64,000 bases of DNA from Eledone cirrhosa (lineage: Eukaryota), in the NCBI GenBank assembly GCA_964016885.1, contig OZ024749.1, positions 56,048,001-56,112,000 of the forward strand, written 5' to 3'. Shown in pieces: positions 1 through 13,580 of this stretch (within the stretch, counting starts at the first letter, position 1; each line of letters starts with the position of its first letter). A model generated the notes under the pieces. It was given only the letters and a program-made list of their open reading frames with translations, searched no databases and was not told the origin of the DNA. Both the position numbers and the translations under genes were made by a program.

Positions 1-67
1 TGTGTATGTACGTATGTTTGTGCAGATGTTTGTGTTCCTAAGTGTATGTATTTCAATAGTGTGTGTG

Positions 68-100
<33 letters not shown>

Positions 101-457
101 ACGTATGCTTGTGTATCTATGTATTTGCGTATGTTTATGTGCATGTGTGTATATATATGTATATTTACGTGTAGATGTGTGTATGTATGTGTGTGGTGTG
201 TGTGTGTATGTACGTATGTATAGATGTATGTATGCGTGTGTGTGTATGTGTGTGTGCATGTGTGTGTGCATGTGTGTATGTGTATGTATGTGTATAAGTG
301 GTTTGTGGAGTTAAAGAGATATGGTGAGGTCAGTGAATTGATTAAGTTTGGTGGACTCTCAAGACCACCACTTTGGACTGTCAGAGAGGAGAACTTTGAC
401 CTCACCACCACCCACCACCACACCAGCACCACCACCACCAGCACCACCACCACCAGC

Positions 458-488
<31 letters not shown>

Positions 489-795
489 CTACTACTACAC
501 CACCAGCTAACTCTTCACACCATACCACGGCACTATTACACAATATGACCAACATTGGACAAGTTAAGTTTAGTGATAATAGCCCCATCATCGTCACAGC
601 CCCAGTAACAGCATCATCATCATCACAGCATCAGTAGCATCATCTTAATCAACACCACCACCACCATCAACATCATCAACATGGTGTATACACTCTACTA
701 ATATCTCTGTAATATCTCTACTAATATGACAGTACCTTACTGTGGTTACTCCCGATTGAACCCGGGACTCACAATTAGTAGAACGTATTTTGTCA

Positions 796-1915
<1,120 letters not shown>

Positions 1916-2831
1916 ACATATCACCTTATCACATCATATCAACCATTTCTATATTTTTCCGAAATGAAGCAATAAATTTCTGTTTAGCCATTCTTATGAC
2001 ACTAGAAAGAATTACAAGAGTCTAATAAACTCCTATGTCTATATAGTGTATATAGCATGTATGTTTAATGTGTGTCTATATAGTGTATATAGCATGTATG
2101 TTTAATGTGTGTCTATATAGTGTATATAACATGTATGTTTAATATACACACACTCACATGCGACATGTATCATAAAGTTATATTATACTATGTTTAATGT
2201 GTGCACTTGTATTCATATGTAATATATATTTTAAGTTATGGTGATGATGATGATGAGCAGATTATGATGATGTTGATGGCTGAGATGGTGGTTGTGATGA
2301 TGATGATGGTGGTGGTAGTTGTGCTGCTGCTGTATGTGCTGCTGTATATGGTGCTGCTGCTGTATGTGCTGCTGTAACTGTTGACAATATTACCCCAGTT
2401 TGATTGATGGCTTAACAAATATTCATTTAGGGAGAGAAAATATAAGAAATAAGAAATATAAAATAAACTGTTATGTGACTTCTTCATTGATGTCGTAATC
2501 ATCGCCGTCACCATTATCATGTTAATCATCATCATCGCCGTCACCATTATCATGTTAATCATCATCATCGTCGTCACCATTATCATGTTAATCATCATCA
2601 TCGTCCTCATCATTTTCAATCACCATTGTTATCTTTCTCATCATCATCATCATCATCACCATCATCTTTCTTTCACATTTACTAATCTTTTCTCCAATTT
2701 CTCGGTTTTGTCCATCGCCCCCCCCCCCACCAATACTACTACTCCCCCACCCCCATCCCTAACCAATCTCTGACGTCATGTATGACAATTTTGGATCACC
2801 ATAATCATCCTGCCAAACATCAACATTCTCA

Positions 2832-3692
2832 TTACCACCGCTACCACCACCGCTACCACTAGCACCACCACTATCACTACCACACCGCTACCACTACCAC
2901 CACCGCTACCACTACCACCACCACTAGCACCACCACCACCACCACTAGCACCACCACCACCACCACCACTACCACCACCACCCACTACCACCACCACCAC
3001 TACCACCACCGCTACCACCACCACCACCACTAGCACCACCACCACCACCACCACCGCTTACCACTATCACTACCACCACCGCTACCACTACCACCACCAC
3101 TAGCACCACCACCACCACCACCGCTACCACTATCACCTACCACCACCACTACCACCACCACACTACCACCACCACCACCACTACCACCACCACTACCACC
3201 ACCACCACCACCACTACCACCACCACTACCACCACTACCACTACCACCACCACCACCACCATCACTACCACCACTACCACCACCACCACTACAATCACCA
3301 CTACCACCCGCTACCACTACCACCACCACCACCACCACCACCACCACTACCACCACCACCACCACCACTACCCACCACCACCACCCCTACTACCACTACC
3401 ACTACCACCACCACCGCTACCACCACCACTACCACCACCACCACTACCACTACCACACCCACTACCAACACCACCACTACCACCACCACTACCACCACCA
3501 CCACCACCACTACCACCACCACCACTACTACTACCACCACTACTACCACCACCACCACTACCACCACCACCACCACCATACTACCACCATCATCACCACC
3601 ACCACCACCACCACCACCACCAACAACACCATCACCACCACCATCACCACCAACAACACCGCCATCCTCAGCAATATCACCACCACCACCAC
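2832..3692. repeat. (ACC/ACT)n trinucleotide array
   Basis: Direct reading; a complementary GGT array lies at 28381-28900. Confidence 0.95.
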
Positions 3693-3962
3693 GAAAGGTA
3701 GAAGTAAATCTGTTTAGTACCCCAATCTCTACCTGACCCTACCCTTATATTTCACTACCTCCCACCCTGGGGCAGGCTGAGAGGAAAAACCTTTAAGTTG
3801 AGTGAAATAAATGGCTTTGTACCTGTACCTACCTGAATTGATTGGCTACATGACAGCTTTATGTTTTCTTGTTAAGATATACACTGAGTAGGGTTTAATT
3901 TACACAGGTAACATCAAATGTAGGTGTGATGGGGTGGAGGGTGGGGTGGACATATGGGGAGG

Positions 3963-4000
<38 letters not shown>

Positions 4001-4045
4001 TCACACTCACACTCGCACACGCACACGCACGCACACACACACATA

Positions 4046-4290
4046 TATTATTCAAAATATTAATAAATGAAAAATATTCTCATAATCAAAATATATATTT
4101 TATTATACGTATTTCAAAGGTACAATGGTGTTTAAGTAAGTTTTCATCAGATAAAATATATAAGAGATTGGATATGCGACATACCGCCAAGGTTTTGATT
4201 ATTCAATTCCTGTACCTTTGAAATATGTATAAAATAAAATATATATTTTGGTTATGAGAATATCTTTCATTTATTAACATTTTGAAAATA
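4046..4290. mobile_element. Inverted-repeat element (~75 bp arms), probably head-to-head Penelope-like pLTR ends
   Basis: Arm 4051-4124 is the near-perfect reverse complement of 4211-4286. The arms carry the 3' half of the hammerhead and an AATAAA. Confidence 0.7.
4092..4162 (-). ncRNA. Minimal type-I hammerhead ribozyme motif (PLE-type)
   Basis: Minus strand: 12-bp helix I TATATATTTTAT/ATAAAATATATA, core CTGATGA (4150-4144), weak stem II, GAAA (4115-4112), palindromic T-ACGT-A stem III, AUA cleavage triplet. Confidence 0.7.
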
Positions 4291-4563
4291 TTAAATACTC
4301 CAGATAAATATCTGTCGAGTGCTTCTAATCTATAACTTTTGGTTATATATATAAATATAAATAGAAGTATCTATACGTACATACATATATGTATACAGAC
4401 GTACAGTAGTATGTATATATATACATACATGCACACATATATATATATATATATGTACGTATGGGTTTACCGAACATTTATTATAATGTTCGGTTTGTTT
4501 ATTATAATGTTAGGTATCAGCCGTACTAAGAGTGAGAAATGAGATTTCGTTTCATTCTTTTCC

Positions 4564-4609
<46 letters not shown>

Positions 4610-4990
4610 TCACGCAATTTCCCTTTTCAAAGTTTCCTTCAAAAGGTAATTTATTGGTAGAAAACGCTAGAAGGTGCAACGAAGTGGGACCGAAACCCAA
4701 GCGAAGTAGTTGCGAGGTGAATGTAACTCAACATGTGTGCGCGAAAGATCTACATCTACCTCTTTAAACGATATTGTATAAACACCATGTCGCTTACCGT
4801 CGTCTGAAGTTGTAAGGAATATACATCAGATATGGAGACGTCTTACTTCAAATAAAAGGATCTCATCATGTATGAAACCCCAGGTTAGCCGACATATTGT
4901 TGTGTTATATATATATATATATATGTGTGTAGTGTTTACCTTTGGGTTTTAGACTTTATCTATCTAATAACATGCGTGTATATATATATA

Positions 4991-5100
4991 TCCCGCCGAG
5001 GTTAACTTTGCTTTTCATCCTTACGGGATCGATAAAATAAAGTACCAGTAATACACTGTGATATTTGCTGGTCTTTTGCCAAAAGTAGAAACAATTATTA
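4991..5100 (+). mobile_element. Octopus-type tRNA-derived SINE, 5'-truncated short form
   Basis: CCCGCCGAGGTTAACTTTGC..TCATCCTTACGG..TCGATAAAATAAAGTACCAGT..AGAAACAATTATT. Confidence 0.85.
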
Positions 5101-5124
5101 TATATATACACACACATATACGTA

Positions 5125-5179
<55 letters not shown>

Positions 5180-5584
5180 GATATAACCATTTTATTTTTT
5201 TAACCTTTAAAACTGGAATGTTTGTATATGCAGGCGTACTATGCATCTATGTGTGTGTCTGTGTGTGTTTGAGTCTATATGCATGTGTACTATGCGTGTG
5301 TGTCTGTGTGCAGGCGAGCTATGCATCTATATATATATATATATATGTATGTGTGCGCATGTGCATGTTTATAGAAATGTTTGAGGGAGTCTGACAGGGG
5401 AATTCAATACAATATAGTCGGGGTAGTAAGTGTAGAATATCTGCAAGAGGATGTCTGATTCACCCTGAAAGAAAATCAGAAATGTCGAGAGTCCAGGAAA
5501 TGTGGAACCATTAACAGCACCAGATACTGAAGAGAATGTCGGCATTGCGAGGGCATAGGATTTATTTTGGTAGATATAGCTAGA

Positions 5585-6010
5585 TAGGTAGATATCTAAT
5601 GATAGATAGGTAGATATCTAATGATAGATAGGTCGATATCTAATGATAGATAGGTCGATATCTAATGATAGATAGGTCGATGTCTAATGATAGATAGGTC
5701 GATATCTAATAATAGATAGGTCGATATCTAATGATAGATAGGGAGATATCTAATGATAGATAGGGAGATATCTAATGATAGATAGGGAGATATCTAATGA
5801 TAGATAGGTCGATATCTAATGATAGATAGGTCGATATCTAATGATAGATAGAGAGATATCTAATGATAGATAGGGAGATATCTAATGATAGATAGGGAGA
5901 TATCTAATGATAGATAGGTAGATATCTAATGATAGATAGGGAGATATCTAATGATAGATAGGGAGATATCTAATGATAGATAGGCAGATATCTAATGATA
6001 GATAGGTCGA
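5585..6010. repeat. 22-bp minisatellite GATATCTAATGATAGATAGGNN, ~19 copies
   Basis: GATATC recurs at 5591, 5613 and onward. Confidence 0.95.
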
Positions 6011-6064
6011 TAGAATGATAATAGATAGGTGGACTGACCGATAGATAGATAATTATAGATAATG

Positions 6065-6098
<34 letters not shown>

Positions 6099-6099
<1 letters not shown>

Positions 6100-6194
6100 G
6101 TCCTGTAGAAGCCATTTCTATATTAAATCTTGTATATACTCTATATATTGAGTACCTTACTTACTGTGATTACCCCCGATTGAACCCGGGACTC
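6099..6194 (+). repeat. Copy of the 13393-13505 repeat
   Basis: AGTCCTGTAGAAGC...GAGTACCTTACTTACTGTGATTACCCCCGATTGAACCCGGGACTC aligns to the reverse complement of 13393-13485. Confidence 0.7.
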
Positions 6195-6414
6195 TCTCTC
6201 TCACAGAGACAGACAGACAGACAGACACACACATATATATGATAAATAGATATATATTGAGAAATGGCTGTGAAAGCAAGTTGAGAAAGTGACAGAGTAT
6301 AAATGACTGTGAATATTACATGATATCATTAAATAGATGACTGTACATGTGTGGACACGTGATGAGACGAGGATTAGGTGGGGGTGAATATAGAATAGAA
6401 CCCAACTATGAGGT

Positions 6415-6775
6415 AAGGATCTCTGTGGTAGAGAGGGTTGAGTGGAGGGAAGGATCTCTGTGGTAGAGAGGGGTGAGTGGAGGGAAGGATCTCTGTGGTA
6501 GAGAGGGGTGAGTGGAGGGAAGGATCTCTTTGGTAGAGAGGGTTGAGTGGAGGGAAGGATCTCTGTGGTAGAGAGGGTTGAGTGGAGGGAAGGATCTCTG
6601 TGGTAGAGAGGGTTGAGTGGAGGGAAGGATCTCTTTGGTAGAGAGGGTTGAGTGGAGGGAAGGATCTCTGTGGTAGAGAGGGTTGAGTGGAGGGAAGGAT
6701 CTCTGTGGTAGAGAGGGTTGAGTGGAGGGAAGGATCTCTGTGGTAGAGAGGGTTGATAGAAGGATCTATGTGGTA
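6415..6775. repeat. 35-bp purine-rich minisatellite, ~10 copies
   Basis: AAGGATCTCTGTGGTAGAGAGGGTTGAGTGGAGGG at 6415, 6450 and onward. Confidence 0.95.
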
Positions 6776-7562
6776 CCCTGATATCATATAGTGATCAGAG
6801 TATCGGGATATCATCACCAGATTTCTATCCCCCCCTCTCTCCTGGTAAAGATCCTATCTGACTCATATAAACCAAAGCTACTCAGATATATTAAAATATA
6901 TTGTTGAAACAATCTTTCATTTACTTTTCTTTCTTTCTTTCCTTCTTTCTTTCTTTCCTTCTTTCTTTCTTTCCTTCTTTCTTTCTTACTTTCTATTCTT
7001 TCATTCTTCTCTCCTTCATGTTTTCCCCTTCATTCTTTGGCACTTTTCTTTTTCACGTTTTCATTTATTTTTATTTTTCTCTTCATTTCTTCATCTTTTG
7101 TTCTATATTTCATTCTTGTGTCTCTCTTTCTCTCACCCTCTCTCCCCATATCTTTCTCTCACCCTCTCTCACCCTCTCTCCCCATATCTTTCTCTTTCCC
7201 TATCTCAACAATCTAATTGTGTGTTTGACTCCCCCCCCCCGCCACTCAAGGATACACACACACACCAACCCCCACACAGGTTTACGCAATGAGTTGCTCA
7301 ATTGCAAACCAACAAGCGAGACACACTCAACAATGTATAATTTCATATATATATATATAATGTCATATACGTATATATATATAATGTCATATACATATAT
7401 AATGTCATATACATATATATAATGTCATATATATATATATATAATGTCATATATATATATATATATATATATAATGTCATATATATATATATATATATAT
7501 ATAATGCCATATATATATATATATAATGCCATATATATATATATATAATGTCATATATATAT

Positions 7563-7594
<32 letters not shown>

Positions 7595-7597
7595 ATG

Positions 7598-7630
<33 letters not shown>

Positions 7631-7635
<5 letters not shown>

Positions 7636-7810
7636 GTTTCTACTGTTGGCACAAGGCCAGCAATTACCCAGTGCATTACTGGTACTTTATTTTATCGACC
7701 CCGTAAGGATGAAAGGCAAAGTTAACCTCGGCGGGATTTGAACTCAGACTGTAAAGGGACGTAACTATGCTAGAAAGCATGGTGTCTGACGCTCTACCGA
7801 TTCTGCCAAA
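7631..7810 (-). mobile_element. tRNA-derived SINE, short form
   Basis: Minus-strand A box TGGCAGAATCGG, B box GAGTTCAAATCC, common body and ATT tail. Confidence 0.9.
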
Positions 7811-8023
7811 TGTCATATATATATATATATACATATATATATATTTGGGGACCAGGCTTGTCTCTTGCATCTGGTCCACCGTTGTATTTAAGTCTGTGCC
7901 TCGCTTGTTGCCTTGCATCTCTACAATTATTTCTATACACAATTCTATCTATTGCGCTCCAAATGTAGATATGTATGTATAGTGGCGTGTGTATATGAAA
8001 GCATATTCTATACATTTATATAC

Positions 8024-8200
8024 AATGGTTTTTGATTTAGGCACAAGGCCAGCAATTTTGAGGGAGGCGAATAGTCGATTAAATCGACTCCAGTGCGTTA
8101 CTGGTACTTTTGTTTAAAAATCAACCCAGTATGGATGAAATGTAAAGCTAACCTCGCCAGGATTTGAACTTAGAACGTAAAGGGATGTAACTACATACCA
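8024..8200 (-). mobile_element. tRNA-derived SINE, long form
   Basis: Same body plus the GTCGATTAAATCGAC palindrome and G-rich insert. Confidence 0.85.
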
Positions 8201-8537
8201 CAAAAATAAGCAAATATATTAGCCAATGAGTTGAGCGGTGGATTAGCAGAATTTCCAGGACTTGGAACAACATTTCGGTTTCAGCTCAAAGCCTTCTGAT
8301 ATCAAGTTGGCTCTGAATCCAAACGGTTTTGATAAAATAAAGTACAAGTGAGGTACTGGTTCGATTTAATTGGCTGTTGATCTGTGCCAATATGTAATGG
8401 GTGAGCGTGGTAAAGTAGAGCTCAAATCACCGCTCAAACTGTCGTCTCCGAACTCAGGTGTAGTGACACACTGGTGCTTGTTGTGCTCAGCCATTATATC
8501 AATATCACACACATTTATATATATAGTTTACATATTT

Positions 8538-8594
<57 letters not shown>

Positions 8595-8747
8595 CTAATA
8601 TATATAGATATATATTATATTTGTATATATATATATCTACAAAGCTAATGTATATAGATATACAATGTATATATATATATATATATATACACACGCACAG
8701 TCACAGTGTCTGTCATCACATCTTAGTAAAATAAATATTGATATTCT

Positions 8748-8761
8748 GTTACCATAGAAAC
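8748..8761. promoter_or_regulatory. Candidate RFX X-box GTTACCATAGAAAC
   Basis: Exact fit to GTTNCCATRGNAAC in a short non-repetitive island; motif match only. Confidence 0.3.
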
Positions 8762-9004
8762 AGTGATGTCATCAACTGTCCAAGTGTTGTCACCATCACA
8801 GCAATCCATGCTGTGATTATTGACCAAATACATACATCTTCTGTCTGGATAAACTATATCTGATGATGTCATCATAATTAGCTCTCTTACTCCCCCTCTT
8901 CTGCCTCCCTCCCACTGGCTCTCTCAACTCCCTCTCTTCCTCTCTCGATCCCTCTCTTCCCTCTCTCCAACTGGCTCTCTTATTCCCTCTCTCTTCCTCT
9001 CTCT

Positions 9005-9120
9005 CATGGTGAGTACGGCTACACCCCTGATGACATGACCAAAACCAAACAGAAAGTGGTGGTGATCAACTAGGGAGGGGTTCCTCTAACAGGAGTGGGG
9101 AGGCCCTGGACAGGATTGAA
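9005..9120 (+). repeat. Dispersed repeat fragment (same family as 14876-14990)
   Basis: CATGGTGAGTACGGCTACA...CAGAAAGTGGTGGTGATCAACTAGGGAGGGGTTCCT aligns to 14876-14957. Confidence 0.7.
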
Positions 9121-9185
9121 ATATAAAATGAGATATTTTATATTATATAATGAAGGATGGTCTCAGGTGGGTTGATATTGAAAGA

Positions 9186-9500
9186 GTTAACCCTTTTGAT
9201 AACCAACCACCCGAACCCTCCCCTGGTTCTACGACAAGACTTATTTTTTAAGTTGTGTATATTTATTTAAAAACATTTCATAATTTTCTGACATCAGCTT
9301 AATAGGGGTTTCTTATATAGACACAAGGCCAGCAATTTTAGGGGAAGGGAAGGTCGATTAAATCGACCCCAGTGCGTGACTGGTTCTTAATAATGAGAAA
9401 GTTAGTTATATTACTAAATCCCTCCAAATTCTTGAATATTTTCAAAATTATTTCAAAATCTTAGGTAGTTATTTCAATAGAAATATGATAATGAAAGTGT
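9186..9500. mobile_element. Possible TTAA-type (piggyBac-like) MITE interrupted by a SINE fragment
   Basis: Starts TTAACCCTTTTGATA and ends in degenerate ATGAAAGTGTT; SINE piece at 9305-9390 inside. Confidence 0.35.
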
Positions 9501-9504
9501 TCTT

Positions 9505-9790
9505 GAGTCAGATGATAACAGCGGCGAGACTCTGAGGTTCAGCTAACTGACAAGTGCGTGTCAATGGAAGAGTCTTTATGTGGTCACCACACCTGCTAGA
9601 TATAACAGCCGAATCTCTCTGAAGTCCCACCTGACTGTCTTAAAAAAATGACACGTTCAATAATGTGATTCTGTGTTCTCTACCGTCAAGAAAATATGGT
9701 AAAACCATGGGTAGATTCTCTTTGATCATAGTTCTGTTTATTCCGGGTCGATCGAGGTCTAAACCACACCAACAACTGCAACAACAACAC
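9505..9790 (+). mobile_element. Dispersed retroposon with (CAA)n tail; fragments also at ~14490-14600, 16495-16545, 25365-25420, 42275-42305, 48235-48300, 49135-49390, 49450-49505, 49895-49925
   Basis: Recurrent core resembling CCTGYTAGAAATARCAGCCRAATCYCYYTCAAA on both strands; CAA tail at 9770-9790 and TTG tail at 49135-49150. Confidence 0.6.
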
Positions 9791-10184
9791 ACAAGTTACA
9801 CGTCTTCAGATAAACGCAAACAAAACATGATTCCCGAATAACTTTGTTATATGTCCGTATAATTATACATGCGCACGTATATCAACACACAGACACGGGT
9901 ATATATATATATATGTATATTGAGAGAGAGATATCCAAATACATGCATAGAGAAATTTACAACGTAACATACACCGACACACACACACACACATACACAT
10001 ATTTATATATACATATATACACATATTTATATATACATATAGAGAGAGAAAGACACACACACCGATAGCTATCTCTCTATATGTATACATTTATATAGAA
10101 ATCCAGACATACATATCTCTCTATCCATTCATACACAGAAACTCACACTCATCCTACCACCCACCACCCACCACCCACCACCCA

Positions 10185-10257
<73 letters not shown>

Positions 10258-10400
10258 GTGAGGCAGTTTATAGTTTCTCCAGCTGAGAAATGAAACATGT
10301 AAGTGTCTCACTTGTTTACAATAAAACACCTTTACGATATGTTATCCAACATGGCAGATGGTGGCTGCTTCAAATTTATCGTTTTTCTCCTAAATATTAT

Positions 10401-10593
10401 GGTGGATTGGCAGTATCGCTAGATGGTCGGATGCCATGTTTTTCAGCATATAATTACGGCCCTTTACGTTCTACATTCAAATCCCGCCGAGGCTAACGTT
10501 ACCTTTCATCCTTACGGGGTCGATAAAATAAAGTACCAGTAATGCACTGGGGTAATTGCTGGCCATGTACCAACATTAGAAACAATTATTATT
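10401..10593 (+). mobile_element. tRNA-derived SINE, short form, full length
   Basis: GGTGGATTGGCAGTATCG head, TTCAAATCCCGCCGAGG, ATT tail. Confidence 0.9.
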
Positions 10594-10905
10594 ACCAACT
10601 CCAATTTTTTACTGGTCGCTTGCTTGCTGGCTTATTGAATCTCGGCTCATCTCTGATCCAGCTCAGACTCTATCCTGGTGTGTAAATGTCAACGTTTGTA
10701 TATCTAAGTATTGATAACCAATATTCTCATTAACACAGTCAAATTGTTCATTAGAGGAAGAGAGTAGATTTATTTAAATCGCCATGTTGCTTGTGTTGTT
10801 AATAACAAGATATACTTGCAGGTGAAAGAGAGTTGATGGCATTATATCATGTTAAATATTTCATTTGGTTTCACCATCCTGAGTCTCTCATCAAACATTG
10901 ATGTG

Positions 10906-10944
<39 letters not shown>

Positions 10945-11066
10945 TGTGTGTGAATATATATGTATGCATATATATATATATCTGTGTGTTTGTGAATATG
11001 TATGTATGCCTATATGTATATATGTGTGTGTATATGTATGCATGTACGTATAACTATCACTCTCTT

Positions 11067-11124
<58 letters not shown>

Positions 11125-11253
11125 AGATATCACATTGGATTTACTCTATAACAAGTTCTCCTCGCTCGCGTTATCATTGAACAGATCTTCAGGAAGCAAG
11201 GTCAGAAGGTTTGCTATGGCTTCTATACTTTTACCATTGTATCGATCTAAATC

Positions 11254-11300
<47 letters not shown>

Positions 11301-11361
11301 TGATGAAGTTTCGTTTACATGTATATTTAGGTTTTTATTGAGAATCGATCAGAGGATTACC

Positions 11362-11552
11362 TCAAGGTCGTCCATAGAAGTTATGGACCCGACTTCAGTA
11401 TATATATATATATATATCCCTCGATGATATGAATATAGATGACGCTGTAATGTCCATAAATTATCGTTATTATCGCTTGGACATTGAACGGGGGACCATA
11501 TTTCAGTTTAGGGCCCCAAACAGCACAATCGTGCTGTTTAATTTGGTCCCTA
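11362..11552. mobile_element. Possible decayed non-autonomous DNA transposon with subterminal hairpin
   Basis: Weak TIR-like ends (CAAGGTCGTCC / TTTGGTCCCT); 9-bp hairpin AAACAGCAC-AATC-GTGCTGTTT at 11518-11539. Confidence 0.3.
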
Positions 11553-12275
11553 CGTATTTTGTTTTTGATTTCATTAACATCTGTTGATAATTGTTGTCTT
11601 TCTATTCCATTCTCCAGTCTCAATAGCTCTGGTTATGGTATCTTGTTAGGACATCTGGTTATGATATCTTGTTAGGACATACATCTGGTTATGGTATCTT
11701 GTTAGGACATACATCTGGTTATGGTATCTTGTTAGGACATACAGTTGGCATACGTTTTAAGTGTAAGTATTGCATATCCTACATATCTTAGAACAGAGGA
11801 ATGGTGGAGAACGTTGAAGGTTACAACGGTGGTGATGATTATAAATACACACATACTCAAATATACATTTATATACATGCACATATATACATATACACAC
11901 ACACATATATATATATATACATGCACATATCTACATACAGACATATATACATATGCACACACACACATATATATACATACACATATCTACATACACACAC
12001 ACATACACATATACACCAACATAGCAGTGAGATTTGAGTGTTATCTTGATGTGAGATGTGCAAGTGAATATTTTCAGTAACTTTGTAATGTAACATAGTT
12101 TGGCCACCATTTTGAAACATTCCTCGTTCTACCTTTTTATCATTATCATTATTACCTATTTGTGGGCGGATTTGAGTAAGATGGCTTAGATGAGGATTTA
12201 CTGTATCAAGCAGCATATATATAAACACACACGTATATACGTTACACTACCTGGATATATATATATATATATGGT

Positions 12276-12323
<48 letters not shown>

Positions 12324-12395
12324 AGTGCGAGTGTATGTATGTATACATATATGTATGTCTATCTGTGTATGCATATTTGTGTATGTGTATATCTA

Positions 12396-12438
<43 letters not shown>

Positions 12439-12791
12439 CTGTATATATATATATATTTATATATATATAATGTCTCTATATATACATATGATACTAAGAA
12501 AAAATGAAAAAGATAAGAAGATAGAACGTGTTGAAAGATGACAGATACGTCTTAGAAATCTACGCAGTCAACAATAATTGCTTGCAGGTATACTTAATGC
12601 ACAGTTGCTTCTATATATATATATATATATATACACATGTGTATGTATGTATAGTTGCTAATATTCCCAAAAGGAAACGTGGTTAGTATTAGCTAGTACA
12701 GACAAACAGACACGAATCTGGGGATGTTTTTAGTTTTATGATGTTAGAATGGCCCACATCGTAGCAGATATAGGCCAACACACACACACAA

Positions 12792-12835
<44 letters not shown>

Positions 12836-13392
12836 CTATCTTTACGAACTGCTGCATCTACGCACTTAATTTCCCATCTATACACATATTCTTTTCATAT
12901 ATATATATGTATATATAGGAGAATATATATATATATATACATACATATTCTCCTCCTATATATATATATATATATATACGGGTGTGTATGTATAATACAA
13001 TCACTAACATATGTAAAGTATATTAATTGAAAATATGCCTAAAGAACGAAAACAAGATGTGTATCTATTTCGTGTGAGAGTTACTTGAGAATTGAACGCA
13101 CGACGCCTATTTAACACTCCATTACGTCTGGGTTATTCACAATTAACTGAGTCCAAAAATCTTTGAAATATTCTGCTTAATAGAGTACCTAATATTTTGA
13201 AATATATATATATATACATATACAGATAAATCCACCAATTATTTTACATAGATCAATAATAGAATGGACATACGGGAAATACCCCCCAGAAACGATCGTA
13301 AAATAATGAGTTTTACTATGAATTAACCGTTTTTTGTTAAATTTCATTGTTTTCACTATTTGTATGTATATATATATATATATATAAGTTAT

Positions 13393-13505
13393 TTCGGGTT
13401 GAATCGGAGGTAACCACAGTAAGTAAGGTACTCAATACATAGCAGAGTATAAATGTTTTAATACAGAAGAGCTTTTACAGGACTAGAACTGTTTCATTCA
13501 TGATA
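13393..13505 (-). mobile_element. Penelope-like end fragment; plus-strand copies at 6099-6194 and 731-770
   Basis: Shared AGTACCTTAC(TTAC)TGTGRTTAC..CCGATT.AACCCG. The minus strand keeps the hammerhead 3' half GAAAC-AGTTCTA-GTC. Confidence 0.55.
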
Positions 13506-13580
13506 TCAATATGGATGCAGTGAAAACCTGCTTATACCATTACTCACCAGAGTACTCGATACTTGGGGTAGAGTATGGTG

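Noticed and set aside
6415-6775. G-quadruplex array
   Set aside because: Only two GGG tracts per 35 bp with long loops; weak candidate.
7740-7810. tRNA genes suggested by A and B boxes
   Set aside because: These are SINE heads: no cloverleaf, and they are followed by the SINE body and ATT tail.
11300-11355. CTGATGA...GAGAATCGATC as a hammerhead (also CTGAAGA at 5527 and a weak case at 12529-12573)
   Set aside because: GAAA or the core is mutated and the helices are absent or too weak to call.
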